Of a stretch of DNA of 64,000 bases, positions 46,865 through 55,287 are shown one piece after another. The notes beneath the pieces were generated by a model. The model had not been told where the DNA came from and searched no databases. It worked only from the letters and a program-made list of their open reading frames with translations. How positions within the stretch are numbered: the first letter of the stretch is position 1; every line of letters starts with the position of its first letter. Made by a program: the position numbers and the translations under genes. The stretch lies in assembly GCA_964630935.1 (NCBI GenBank), contig CAZVYM010000008.1:1241-65240 (forward strand), written 5' to 3'. This DNA comes from an uncultured Gemmatimonadaceae bacterium (GTDB lineage: Bacteria; Gemmatimonadota; Gemmatimonadetes; Longimicrobiales; Gaopeijiaceae).

Positions 46865-46899
46865 GGGGATATATAGTGATATATCTATCTGTATATCCC
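46865..46899. promoter_or_regulatory. AT-rich inverted-repeat operator/promoter upstream of the ArsR-family gene
   Basis: The sequence is GGGGATATATAGTGATATATCTATCTGTATATCCC. The outer arms GGGATATA / TATATCCC are complementary, and the inner GATATATC is self-complementary. It ends 18 nt before the TTG start and is strikingly AT-rich against the GC-rich background. Confidence 0.55.
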
Positions 46900-46916
46900 A
46901 ACACCGGAGAGCTGCG

Positions 46917-47213
46917 TTGAGCACCGAGATCCTACCGACGATTGCCGTGGAAGACACCGCGCGGTTCCTGCGGTGCCTGGGCCATCCCGTGCGCTTGCAG
47001 ATCCTCGATCTCCTGGAGCAGTCGGGCGAGTGCACGGTGACGGAGGTGTACGAGGCGCTCGACCTCGAGCAGGCCGTGGCGTCGCAGCATCTGACGGTCA
47101 TGCGGGACAAGGGAATCCTGAAGCGGCGCAAGGACGGCGTGCACGTCTACTACCGCCTCGGGGACGATCGGGCGCTCAAGGTCCTCGACTGCGTTCGCCG
47201 AGGGAACTGCTAG
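46917..47213 (+). CDS. ArsR/SmtB-family winged-helix transcriptional regulator
   Basis: I chose TTG 46917, which follows GGAGA. The in-frame ATG 46839 would translate through the AT-rich operator. The sequence FLRCLGHPVRLQILDLLEQSGECTVTEVYEALDLEQAVASQHLTVMRDKGIL..R..G..V.Y.L fits the family. Confidence 0.8.
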   Translation: MSTEILPTIAVEDTARFLRCLGHPVRLQILDLLEQSGECTVTEVYEALDLEQAVASQHLTVMRDKGILKRRKDGVHVYYRLGDDRALKVLDCVRRGNC

Positions 47214-47284
47214 GGGCGCTGGGCCGGCGATCCAATACGGCCTCTCTGCGAACGCCCGAGCCCCGACGCGTCCTTCCCATGCTC

Positions 47285-47306
47285 ACCTGGGCCAGCCGGC
47301 CCAGGT
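47285..47306 (+). terminator. hairpin downstream of the ArsR-family gene (9-bp stem, AGCC loop)
   Basis: ACCTGGGCC pairs with GGCCCAGGT. There is no clear U-tract. Confidence 0.4.
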
Positions 47307-47390
47307 CGACCTTTCCCAACCTTGTTCCCCCCCGCCCGCGCTGTCAGCTTTCCGGGACACTCCATCGAAACTGGAAGCCAGTGAGGGGAC

Positions 47391-49679
47391 ATGTCAGAGC
47401 TTGGGACGAAGTGGACGTTCGGTCGGGTACGGGGCGGCCTGACCCTCGGGGCGATTCTTCTCTTGGGAGCTTGCGGCGGCACCGCGGCAGTGAGTCCGCC
47501 GCCGGCACCGATGCCCCGCACGGGAACGACTCGGTCCGATACGTCGGTGATCACCATGCCGAGGACCGACCAGGGACCGGGCCAGGTGGTGCCGTCCGGG
47601 CTCTTCAACGTGAACCTGGACACGGTTCACGCCGGCGAGTGGGACCAAGGCAAGATGTGGACCTTCGAGTTCCCTCCGACCGACTACTTCTCGAAGACCT
47701 ACGGATTCCACCCGGACAGCGCCTGGTTCGCCCACGCGAGGCTCGGGGCGCTGCGCATTTCCGGATGCTCGGCTTCGTTCGTCTCGCCCAACGGCCTCAT
47801 CCTCACCAACCATCACTGCGCGAGGGAGTTCGAGAAGAGCGCTCAACGCGAGGGTGAGGACATCCTGGACAACGGGTTCTTCGCCAAGAACCTGGCGGAC
47901 GAGCGCGCCGTGAAGGACTTCCATGCCGACCAGCTCATCGACCTGGTCGACGTGACCGACGAGGTCAACGCGAAGCTCGATACGGTGCCGTCGGACAGGC
48001 GCGCCGACGTCCGCAAGGACGTTCTGGACTCCATCCAGGCGCGCATCCTGAAGCAGCGGGGTGGAAAGGACGCGGGCATCGTCGTCGAGATGGTCTCGCT
48101 CTACAACGGGGGCCGCACGTCGGCCTACGTGTTCCGCCGTTACACCGACGTGAAGCTCGTGGGGGTGCCCGAGCTCCAGATCGGCTACTTCGGCGGAGAC
48201 CCCGACAACTTCACGTATCCGCGCTACAACCTCGACTTCTCGCTCTTCCGGGTCTACGGGGATGACGGCAAGCCGCTGCACACCCCGAACTACTTCCATG
48301 TGGACACGCTCGGCCTGCACGGTGGCGAGCCCATCTTCGTGGTGGGCAACCCGGGCTCCACGAGCCGACTGCAGACGGTCGCGCAGCTCGAGTTCCGCCG
48401 TGACGTCGGCGACAAGGACATCCTCGACCTTCTCCGCTCGCGCATGGCGGTCCTCGACCAGTACATCAAGGCGCACCCGGAGGAGGCGGAGAAGTACGAC
48501 CTGCGTAACCAGTACTTCGGGCTCAGCAACTCGGAGAAGGCGTACACCGGACAGGTGAAGGGCCTCGAAGACCCCATCATCATCGCGCGGCGCAAGGACA
48601 GCGAGCGGAAGTTCCAGCAGGCCATCGACGCGGACTCGACGCTCAAGGCCCAGTACGGCGACCTGATCGCCAGGATGGCCGCGCTGCAGAAGCAGAAGAG
48701 GACCGAGGCGCCCGGCTTCGGCGCGTTCCTCGGACTTACCAGCTCGAGCCTGGCCTCCGCCACCCTGCACCGCGCGCTGCTCGCGTTCCAGATCCTCAAC
48801 GTCCGGGCGAGCGGCAACGACGACGCGCTGAAGAGCCTTCTCGCCGAGATGGACAGTGTCGGGCAGCAGCCCAAGGAGCTCGACGAAGCGCTCATGGCGG
48901 CCCGGTTCCGTGACTTCGTCCATTACTACGGAGAGAACAGCCAGCTCGCGAAGTCCGTGCTCCAGGGCAGGACGCCCGAAGCGGCCGCGGCGGCCGTGGT
49001 GAGCGGAAGCGTCCTGTCCGACTCGGCCAATGCGGTGGCGGCGGCCCAGAACGGCACGCTCAGCATGAGCGACCCCGCGCTCGGCGTGGTCAGGGGCTAC
49101 CTGCCGACGTTCGCCCAGTTCCAGCGCATGGTGTCGACCGTCTTCCCCGAGGAGGACGAGATCGCGGCGGACCTTGGCCGTGCCCGCTTCAAGGTCTACG
49201 GCACCAAGGTGCCTCCGGACGCGACCTTCTCGCTCCGGATCTCCGACGGCGTGGTGAAGGGCTACGATTACAACGGCACGATCGCCCCGTGGCACACCAC
49301 GTTCTACGGCCTCTACGACCGGCACTATTCCTTCCTCGGACGGGAGGAGTGGGCGCTTCCGAAGCGGTGGCTGAATCCGCCGGCCTCCTTCAACCTGGCG
49401 ACGTCGCTCGACTTCGTGAGCACGGCCGACATCATCGGCGGCAACTCGGGCTCCCCGGTGCTCGACAAGGATCTCGACCTGGTGGGTGTCGTCTTCGACG
49501 GCAACATCGAGAGCCTTCCCGGCGACTACATCTTCATGCCGAAGGTGAACCGTGCGGTCGCGGTCGACGTCCGGGCCATCCTGGAGGCGCTCGACGACAT
49601 CTACGACGTGGATCGGCTGGTCGTCGAGATGAAGACGGGCCGGCTGGTGGCCACCGAAGCGGCGGCCGACGGGCGGTGA
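47391..49679 (+). CDS. S46-family dipeptidyl-peptidase (DPP7/DPP11-like), lipoprotein
   Basis: It has a lipobox (LLLGAC), the catalytic His block ILTNHHC and the Ser block IGGNSGSPVLD. A helical insert domain sits between the two chymotrypsin-fold halves. Confidence 0.9.
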   Translation: MSELGTKWTFGRVRGGLTLGAILLLGACGGTAAVSPPPAPMPRTGTTRSDTSVITMPRTDQGPGQVVPSGLFNVNLDTVHAGEWDQGKMWTFEFPPTDYFSKTYGFHPDSAWFAHARLGALRISGCSASFVSPNGLILTNHHCAREFEKSAQREGEDILDNGFFAKNLADERAVKDFHADQLIDLVDVTDEVNAKLDTVPSDRRADVRKDVLDSIQARILKQRGGKDAGIVVEMVSLYNGGRTSAYVFRRYTDVKLVGVPELQIGYFGGDPDNFTYPRYNLDFSLFRVYGDDGKPLHTPNYFHVDTLGLHGGEPIFVVGNPGSTSRLQTVAQLEFRRDVGDKDILDLLRSRMAVLDQYIKAHPEEAEKYDLRNQYFGLSNSEKAYTGQVKGLEDPIIIARRKDSERKFQQAIDADSTLKAQYGDLIARMAALQKQKRTEAPGFGAFLGLTSSSLASATLHRALLAFQILNVRASGNDDALKSLLAEMDSVGQQPKELDEALMAARFRDFVHYYGENSQLAKSVLQGRTPEAAAAAVVSGSVLSDSANAVAAAQNGTLSMSDPALGVVRGYLPTFAQFQRMVSTVFPEEDEIAADLGRARFKVYGTKVPPDATFSLRISDGVVKGYDYNGTIAPWHTTFYGLYDRHYSFLGREEWALPKRWLNPPASFNLATSLDFVSTADIIGGNSGSPVLDKDLDLVGVVFDGNIESLPGDYIFMPKVNRAVAVDVRAILEALDDIYDVDRLVVEMKTGRLVATEAAADGR

Positions 49680-49762
49680 CGAGCCGCGACGTGCTCGTAT
49701 GCCGTGCCCGTCCAGGGCGGGTGAGCACCCCGCACTAGGGGCGAGGTCGCCTCGGCTCATAC

Positions 49763-49798
49763 AGAACGGGCCGCGCCGGAGACGGCGCGGCCCGTTCT
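49763..49798 (+). terminator. perfect 16-bp stem-loop downstream of the S46 peptidase gene
   Basis: AGAACGGGCCGCGCCG, a GAGA loop, then CGGCGCGGCCCGTTCT. A second 8-bp hairpin (TCGAATCG ATTG CGATTCGA) follows at 49807-49826. Confidence 0.55.
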
Positions 49799-49892
49799 CG
49801 TGCGGTTCGAATCGATTGCGATTCGAGAAGAAGTGCGGCACCGTGGACGTAGGGAGACGTGGACACGATCCACTCCGACCAGGAGGAGCCGC

Positions 49893-50729
49893 ATGGCAGG
49901 CAGGTTCTCGAACAGTTGGTCGCTGGTGAAGGCGAGCGCGCGGGTGCTCAAGCTCGACAAGGAGCTGATGGTCTTTCCGCTCCTGTCCGGCGTCGCGTCG
50001 ATCCTGGTGGTCGCCAGCTTCGCCGCGCCGTTCGTCGTCACGGGCGGCTGGGGGTTCTTCTCGGACGGCCAGCACGCCTACGCCGGCTACGTCCTCGCGT
50101 TCCTGTTCTACCTCGTGCAGTACACCGTGATCTTCTTCTTCAACTCGGCGCTGGTGGGCGCCGCCCTGATCCGCATGGAGGGTGGAGACCCGACGGTCGG
50201 CGACGGACTGAGCATCGCCATGAGCCGCCTCGGCACCATCCTCGGGTATGCGGCCATCGCCGCGACCGTGGGCATGATTCTGCGTGCCATCGCGGAGCGC
50301 TCCGGCTTGATCGGGCGGCTGGTGGTCGGGCTGGTCGGCATGGCCTGGACGTTGGCCACCTACCTGTCCGTACCGGTGCTGGTGTCGCAGGATGTGGGCC
50401 CGATCGACGCGGTGAAGGAGAGCGCGGCGCTGTTCAAGAGGACGTGGGGTGAGCAGGTCGTCGGCAACTTCGGAATCGGCGCGGCCGTGATGCTCATGGG
50501 GCTCTCGTGGACGGCGGTCTCCGTCGGTCTGATCTGGTTCGGCGCGGCCGTGCTGCCCGCCGCCCTGATTCCGGCGATCGCCATCGCCGTGCTGGGCTAC
50601 GTGTTCCTGTGGCTCTTCTCCGCCGCGCTGCAGGGCGTCTATACGGCGGCGCTCTACCGCTACGCGACGCACGGGGAGGTGGGCTTCTTCGACCAGGGGA
50701 TCATGGGCGGCGCGTTCAGGCCCAAGTGA
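49893..50729 (+). CDS. polytopic membrane protein (DUF6159-like)
   Basis: ATG 49893 follows AGGAGGA. It has about 6 TM helices. The N-terminus MAGRFSNSWSLVKASARVLKLDKELMVFPLLSG resembles that uncharacterised family. Confidence 0.65.
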   Translation: MAGRFSNSWSLVKASARVLKLDKELMVFPLLSGVASILVVASFAAPFVVTGGWGFFSDGQHAYAGYVLAFLFYLVQYTVIFFFNSALVGAALIRMEGGDPTVGDGLSIAMSRLGTILGYAAIAATVGMILRAIAERSGLIGRLVVGLVGMAWTLATYLSVPVLVSQDVGPIDAVKESAALFKRTWGEQVVGNFGIGAAVMLMGLSWTAVSVGLIWFGAAVLPAALIPAIAIAVLGYVFLWLFSAALQGVYTAALYRYATHGEVGFFDQGIMGGAFRPK

Positions 50730-50789
50730 GTCCTGGGATCGGGGTGGGCCTCGGAGCGGGCACGGGCGCATTGTAGGGAGTTTCCCGGC

Positions 50790-50818
50790 TTGCCCGCCTC
50801 CTGACCCCTTTCTAGAAT
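50790..50818 (+). promoter_or_regulatory. sigma70-type promoter candidate for the EF-G paralog
   Basis: TTGCCC, a 17-nt spacer, then TAGAAT. It lies about 85 nt upstream of ATG 50905. The intervening leader contains a 9-bp GC stem (GGCCCCGCC / GGCGGGGCC). Confidence 0.45.
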
Positions 50819-50904
50819 CCGGGTCCCCATGAACTCCCTCGGGGCCCCGCCACCGACTCGTGACGGGGGCGGGGCCTCGGTGCATCGCTTGAAGGAGCGT
50901 CAGG

Positions 50905-53004
50905 ATGGCATCGGCCAAGGAATATCCCACCGACCGTATACGAAACGTCGCGGTCCTGGGTCACGGTGGATCCGGCAAGACGAGCCTCGTCGACGCCATG
51001 TGCTTCGTGGCCGGTACGTCGAAGCGGCATGGGAACGCGGCCGAGGGCCACGCCCTCACGATGCACACGCCGGAGGAACAGGCCCACGGCATCTCGATCC
51101 AGCTCACGCCGGCGTACGCGGAGCACCAGGACACGAAGATCAACCTCCTGGATACGCCGGGCTATCTCGACTTCACGGGCGAAGCGCTCTCGGCGGTGCG
51201 TGTGGCGGACGCCGCCATCATTGTCGTCAGCGCCACCTCGGGCGTCGAGGTGGGAACGGAGCGCGTCTGGGAGTACTGCGAGAACCGGGGCATCCCCCGG
51301 ATCTTTTTTGTCTCCATGATGGACAAGGAGCACGCGGACTTCGACGGCGTCTACCGTCAGATCAAGGAGCGGCTGTCCGAGAAGGCGCTCCCGGTCGAGA
51401 TCCCGGTCGGCTCGGCCGAGGAGTTCCACGGGATCATCAACCTGTTCAGCGAGAAGGCGCACCTCTACAGGAAGGGCACGGTCAACGGGGAGTACGACGA
51501 GACCGACGTACCGGACGAGCTGAAGGACAAGGAAGCCGAGTGGGAGACCGAGCTGCAGGAGACGCTCGCCACCACGGACGAGAAGCTGCTCGAGGCCTAT
51601 CTGGAGGGTGGGCACATCGCGCGCAACGAAGCCGTCGAGGCGATGGCCCGGGGGATGGCGCGCGGCGAGATCTTCCCGGTCTTCTGTGGGGCGCCCCCGC
51701 TCACGTACGGGATCCGCGCACTGCTCCAGAAGACCGTGGAGCTCTGTCCGAGCCCGGCGGAGGCGGGTGCCGAGAAGGGCTCCCGTCCCGGCCTCGACCA
51801 GGAGGTCACCATTCGAGCCGAGGACGACGGTCCGCTCGCGGCGCTGGTCTTCAAGACCGCGGCGGAGCCACACGTCGGTGAGCTCTCGTTCTTCCGGGTC
51901 TTTTCCGGCACCGTGTCGAACGGATCCGACGTGGTCAACGCCTCGGACCAGCAGGCCGAGAAGCTCAATCACCTGAGCATTCCGCTCGGCAAGGACCGGA
52001 TCGAGGTGAGCAAGCTGCACGCCGGTGACATCGGCGTGGTGGCGAAGCTCAAGCACACGCACACGAACGACACCCTGTGTACGCGGGAGCGACTGGTGGC
52101 GCTCGAGGGGATCCAGTTCCCCCGGGCCGACATCGCCGTGGCGATCAAGGGAGCGTCGCGCAACGACGAAGACAAGCTCGGCGAGGTGATCCCCAAGATC
52201 CACGAGGAGGATCCGACCTTCTCGGCCGAGTTCAACGGAGAGCTGCACCAGACCATCGCGCGCGGCGTCGGCGAGCTGCACCTCGACGTGCAGTTCGAGC
52301 GGATGGCGCGCAAGTACGGCGTGAACGTCGAGACCGAGCAGCCGCGCATCGCCTATCGCGAGACGATCACGCGCCAGGCCGAGGGCCAGGGGCGCCACAA
52401 GAAGCAGTCGGGCGGTCGGGGCCAATTCGGTGACTGCTGGGTCCGTCTGCGTCCACGGGAGCGCGGCGAAGGGTACGAGTTCGTCGACTCGATCAAGGGC
52501 GGCGTGATCCCGAACAAGTACCTCCCGTCCGTCGATCGCGGGATCCAGGAGGCTGCCCAGCGGGGTGTGGTGGCCGGCTATCCGCTCGTGGACTTCGCCG
52601 CGGAGTGCTACGACGGCTCGTACCACAGCGTCGACTCCTCGGATATCGCCTTCAAGCTGGCCGGCTCGCTCGCGTTCCGGCACGTGGCGGTTAAGGCGGG
52701 GGCGATTCTCCTCGAGCCGATGGCCGAGGTAAGCGTGACGACCCCCGACGAGTACATGGGCGACATCATGGGTGACCTGACGTCGCGGCGCGGCAAGGTC
52801 CTGGGGATGGACCCGGACAGCGGACGCACCCGCATCCGCGCCATGGTGCCCGAGGCGGAGCTCTACAAGTATGCCGCGGCGCTCCGGTCGATGACGCAGG
52901 GCAGGGGCTACCACACGCGCACGTTCGCCGGCTACGAGCCGGTACCGGACCACATCGCGCAGAAGATCGTCGCCGACCGGAAGAAGGAAGACGAAGAGGA
53001 GTAG
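50905..53004 (+). CDS. elongation factor G paralog with degenerate GTPase motifs (FusA2-like)
   Basis: It has a five-domain EF-G layout. G1 is GHGGSGKT, G3 is DTPGY instead of DTPGH, and G4 is SMMD instead of NKxD. Domain IV/V blocks are present (GRHKKQSGGRGQFG, EPM..V.V..P.EYMGDIMGDL..RRG). It stands alone rather than in a str operon. Confidence 0.85.
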   Translation: MASAKEYPTDRIRNVAVLGHGGSGKTSLVDAMCFVAGTSKRHGNAAEGHALTMHTPEEQAHGISIQLTPAYAEHQDTKINLLDTPGYLDFTGEALSAVRVADAAIIVVSATSGVEVGTERVWEYCENRGIPRIFFVSMMDKEHADFDGVYRQIKERLSEKALPVEIPVGSAEEFHGIINLFSEKAHLYRKGTVNGEYDETDVPDELKDKEAEWETELQETLATTDEKLLEAYLEGGHIARNEAVEAMARGMARGEIFPVFCGAPPLTYGIRALLQKTVELCPSPAEAGAEKGSRPGLDQEVTIRAEDDGPLAALVFKTAAEPHVGELSFFRVFSGTVSNGSDVVNASDQQAEKLNHLSIPLGKDRIEVSKLHAGDIGVVAKLKHTHTNDTLCTRERLVALEGIQFPRADIAVAIKGASRNDEDKLGEVIPKIHEEDPTFSAEFNGELHQTIARGVGELHLDVQFERMARKYGVNVETEQPRIAYRETITRQAEGQGRHKKQSGGRGQFGDCWVRLRPRERGEGYEFVDSIKGGVIPNKYLPSVDRGIQEAAQRGVVAGYPLVDFAAECYDGSYHSVDSSDIAFKLAGSLAFRHVAVKAGAILLEPMAEVSVTTPDEYMGDIMGDLTSRRGKVLGMDPDSGRTRIRAMVPEAELYKYAAALRSMTQGRGYHTRTFAGYEPVPDHIAQKIVADRKKEDEEE

Positions 53005-53026
53005 CCGCTTCGGCGGCGCTGGAGCG

Positions 53027-53062
53027 AAGAGGGGCGGTCCCCGACCGGGGACCGCCCCTCTT
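53027..53062 (+). terminator. perfect 17-bp inverted repeat 23 nt after the EF-G paralog stop
   Basis: AAGAGGGGCGGTCCCCG, AC, then CGGGGACCGCCCCTCTT. Confidence 0.55.
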
Positions 53063-53104
53063 GCGTGTCGACCTGTCGCGCCCGGTTCAGCCCAGCGGGC
53101 GCAT

Positions 53105-53140
53105 GCGTCTTTCCGGCGCGGATTCGCGCCGGAAAGACGC
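53105..53140 (-). terminator. perfect 16-bp stem-loop immediately after the trxA stop
   Basis: GCGTCTTTCCGGCGCG, a GATT loop, then CGCGCCGGAAAGACGC. It lies 3 nt from the trxA stop codon. Confidence 0.55.
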
Positions 53141-53142
53141 GG

Positions 53143-53484
53143 TCAGGTGGTGGCGGCCTCCTCGGCACGCACCTGCTCGATGACATCCTTCAGCGCCTCT
53201 TTGGGATAGGCGCCTACCACGGCTCCGACGGCCTCGCCGTCCTTGAAGAACCCGATGGTGGGGATGGAGCGGATCCCGAACGCACCGGCGATCTGCTGGT
53301 TGTCATCGACATTCACCTTGGCGAACCGGACCTGCCCTTCGTACTCCTCGGACAGTTCCTCCATGACGGGCGCCACCATACGGCAAGGGCCGCACCAAGG
53401 TGCCCAGAAATCCACCACGGTCACGCCCTTCTCCTTGCCCACCTCGGCGTCGAAGGTGGCGTCGGTCAGCTCGATTACGGCCAT
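53143..53484 (-). CDS. trxA: thioredoxin
   Basis: WCGPC active site (VDFWAPWCGPCRMVAP), 113 aa, with IRSIPT and the cis-Pro block. Confidence 0.95.
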   Translation of the reverse strand: MAVIELTDATFDAEVGKEKGVTVVDFWAPWCGPCRMVAPVMEELSEEYEGQVRFAKVNVDDNQQIAGAFGIRSIPTIGFFKDGEAVGAVVGAYPKEALKDVIEQVRAEEAATT

Positions 53485-53526
53485 GATTCTCTCAACTCAC
53501 GTTGGGGTCGCGGACTGACGGTCCCA

Positions 53527-53554
53527 AGTGTATGGAGCACCCGGGTACCAGCAA
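53527..53554 (-). promoter_or_regulatory. sigma70-type promoter candidate for trxA
   Basis: The reverse strand reads TTGCTG, a 16-nt spacer, then TACACT. It lies about 45 nt upstream of the trxA ATG. An (AT)n island at 53563-53574 lies just upstream of it. Confidence 0.3.
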
Positions 53555-53816
53555 CACATAGGAATATATATATACACTTATTCGACGCAAGGGAAAGGGG
53601 TGCCGAACGCGTCCCTTGCTCCGCCGAGACAGCGCCTCCATGCACGCTCGATCTCGGCGGTCGAGGTGGCGGGACGAGTCAAAGAGGTAGTCCGCCGGAC
53701 GGTGGAGTCGAGGGCCGACAGGGGAAAGGGCCGTAGCGCCCGTGCGTATGAGTAGCAGAGCACCCTCCCGTCTCGCCCCCGACTCGAGCGATGGGCGTGG
53801 TCCGGATGCAGAACCG

Positions 53817-54629
53817 ATGAGGAGGCGCATGCGCGTGCGGTGGCTCCTGCGGAGGGCGCCACCTCGGGCGTCCCTGGTCTCGGTCGCGGCTGCACTCGCG
53901 ACCCACCTCCTGCTGGTCACGAGCTCCGCATCCGCGCAGACCGTGGTCGGGCACGTGCTCGACAGCCTGAGCGGTCGGCCGCTCTCCGCCGTGGTCGCCA
54001 CCTTGCTGGACTCGTCCGGCACGTCGGTCCAGCAGGCCGAGAGCGATGAGGCGGGGCTCTTCGTTCTGGAGGCGCCAGGCGCCGGGCGATACCGGGTCTA
54101 CGTGGACGAGCTGGCGTATCGCTCGTTCCTCAGCGACACGCTTTCGCTGGGCCGAGGCGAGCGCGTCGAGCTGAGGGTGCGTCTGGAGCCGGAGCCGGTG
54201 CCGCTCGACGAGATGGCGGTGCGCGTGCGCCGCACCGAAGAGCGGCTCAGACGGGTCGGCTTCGACCGCAGGCGCCGGTTCGCGATGGGGTACTTCGTGA
54301 CGCCCGGGGAGGTGGAGGAGCGAAAGCCGATGATCGCCACGGATCTCCTCCGACAGGCGCCGAGGGTGCGGCTGGCCTGGAGCCAGCGGCTGCACGCCTA
54401 CGTCGTGACGCTCGGAGGTGTCTCGGGGGCGGGGGCAAGGAGCTGCCCCATGAAGATCGTGGTGGATGGAGACCCGGTCGTGGGCAACACGCTCGACGAC
54501 ATCGTGGCCGCACAGGACGTGCTCGCCGTCGAGGCCTACCCCAACAGGGGTGGCGTCGGGGCGCCGGTGCAGTTCCGCGGGGCGGATGCCTACTGCGGTG
54601 TCGTGCTCGTCTGGACGAAGGGGAGGTAG
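53817..54629 (+). CDS. secreted carboxypeptidase-regulatory-like domain protein with a plug-like C-terminal region
   Basis: ATG 53817 and a signal peptide ending SSASAQ. The CarboxypepD_reg-like beta-sandwich is VVGHVLDSLSGRPLS...DEAGLFVLEAPGAGRYRV. The C-terminal part contains ATDLLRQAPRVRL. Confidence 0.7.
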   Translation: MRRRMRVRWLLRRAPPRASLVSVAAALATHLLLVTSSASAQTVVGHVLDSLSGRPLSAVVATLLDSSGTSVQQAESDEAGLFVLEAPGAGRYRVYVDELAYRSFLSDTLSLGRGERVELRVRLEPEPVPLDEMAVRVRRTEERLRRVGFDRRRRFAMGYFVTPGEVEERKPMIATDLLRQAPRVRLAWSQRLHAYVVTLGGVSGAGARSCPMKIVVDGDPVVGNTLDDIVAAQDVLAVEAYPNRGGVGAPVQFRGADAYCGVVLVWTKGR

Positions 54630-54741
54630 GAGTATTCCGCCGCGGAGCCGATGACACGACCTTAAGGGGGCCGGACGACGAGCGTGGTCTTTGCCCGTTC
54701 ACGCTCCACACTCGATTACTCTCCGCCACAGGGAGTCCGAC

Positions 54742-55212
54742 ATGATGCTCTCCCGGAAGGAATGCGATCTGCTCGGCGGTGTCACCGCCCTCCTGGCTTT
54801 CGTGCTTTGCGACGCGCTCTTCGTGGCGAGGATGGCGGGCCATCCCGGGATCCAGCGGGGCTTCGGCTTGTTCTTCTTCGCACTCGTCTTCCCGACCCTG
54901 TATCTCCTCGTCGCCGCGGTCCAGCACCGGCGTCAGGCCACGTATTTCCTGTGGCTCGTGCTGTTCCTCGCCTTCCTGGTCGTCGAGGCGCTCCTGGACT
55001 TCGTGCTCCACGTCCCGTTCAGGGAGGTGCACTGGCAGGTGATTCTGTACGTCGTCCTGTTCCTGGGTGGTCTGGGCGGGATGGTGCGTGTGGCACGCCG
55101 TGCCGGTCGGCGCTGGGGGACCGTCGCCCTGGTCGGATTCTTGTCGACCCTCGCGCTGGCGTTCGCCCACTTCAGCGAAGTGGGTCTGTGGGCCGAGACC
55201 ACGGGTCTCTGA
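54742..55212 (+). CDS. hypothetical integral membrane protein (about 5 TM helices)
   Basis: ATG 54742 follows GGGAG. It is strongly hydrophobic with helix periodicity. I recognise no family. Confidence 0.55.
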   Translation: MMLSRKECDLLGGVTALLAFVLCDALFVARMAGHPGIQRGFGLFFFALVFPTLYLLVAAVQHRRQATYFLWLVLFLAFLVVEALLDFVLHVPFREVHWQVILYVVLFLGGLGGMVRVARRAGRRWGTVALVGFLSTLALAFAHFSEVGLWAETTGL

Positions 55213-55287
55213 GTCGAGGTCGTAGACCGACAATTCCCTGTCCAGATTCCGGTAGCACGGATCGACGTGGGCCGTGATCTTGCGTCC

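Noticed and set aside
46839-46916. The upstream ATG start for the ArsR-family gene, giving the 124-aa ORF.
   Set aside because: It would translate the AT-rich palindrome (SEGIYSDISICISQ) with atypical codon usage. ArsR-family alignment starts near the TTG at 46917, which has a GGAGA Shine-Dalgarno sequence.
53065-53186. An apparent duplicated peptide motif ARIRAGKT in ORFs on both strands (53065..53736 plus and 52932..53186 minus), which might have suggested a repeat protein.
   Set aside because: It is the translation of the two arms of the perfect hairpin at 53105..53140 read on both strands. It is not a coding repeat.
53583-53760. A cobalamin riboswitch upstream of the plug-like/CarboxypepD_reg gene. 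The trigger was AAGGGAAAGGGGTGCCGAA, an AGTCCGCCGGACGG segment and a TonB-related downstream gene.
   Set aside because: The conserved GCCACTG element and a proper B12 box are missing. Spacing after GGTG does not match the consensus as I remember it. The downstream protein is not a full BtuB-type receptor. I keep it only as an unassigned structured region, pending an Infernal scan.
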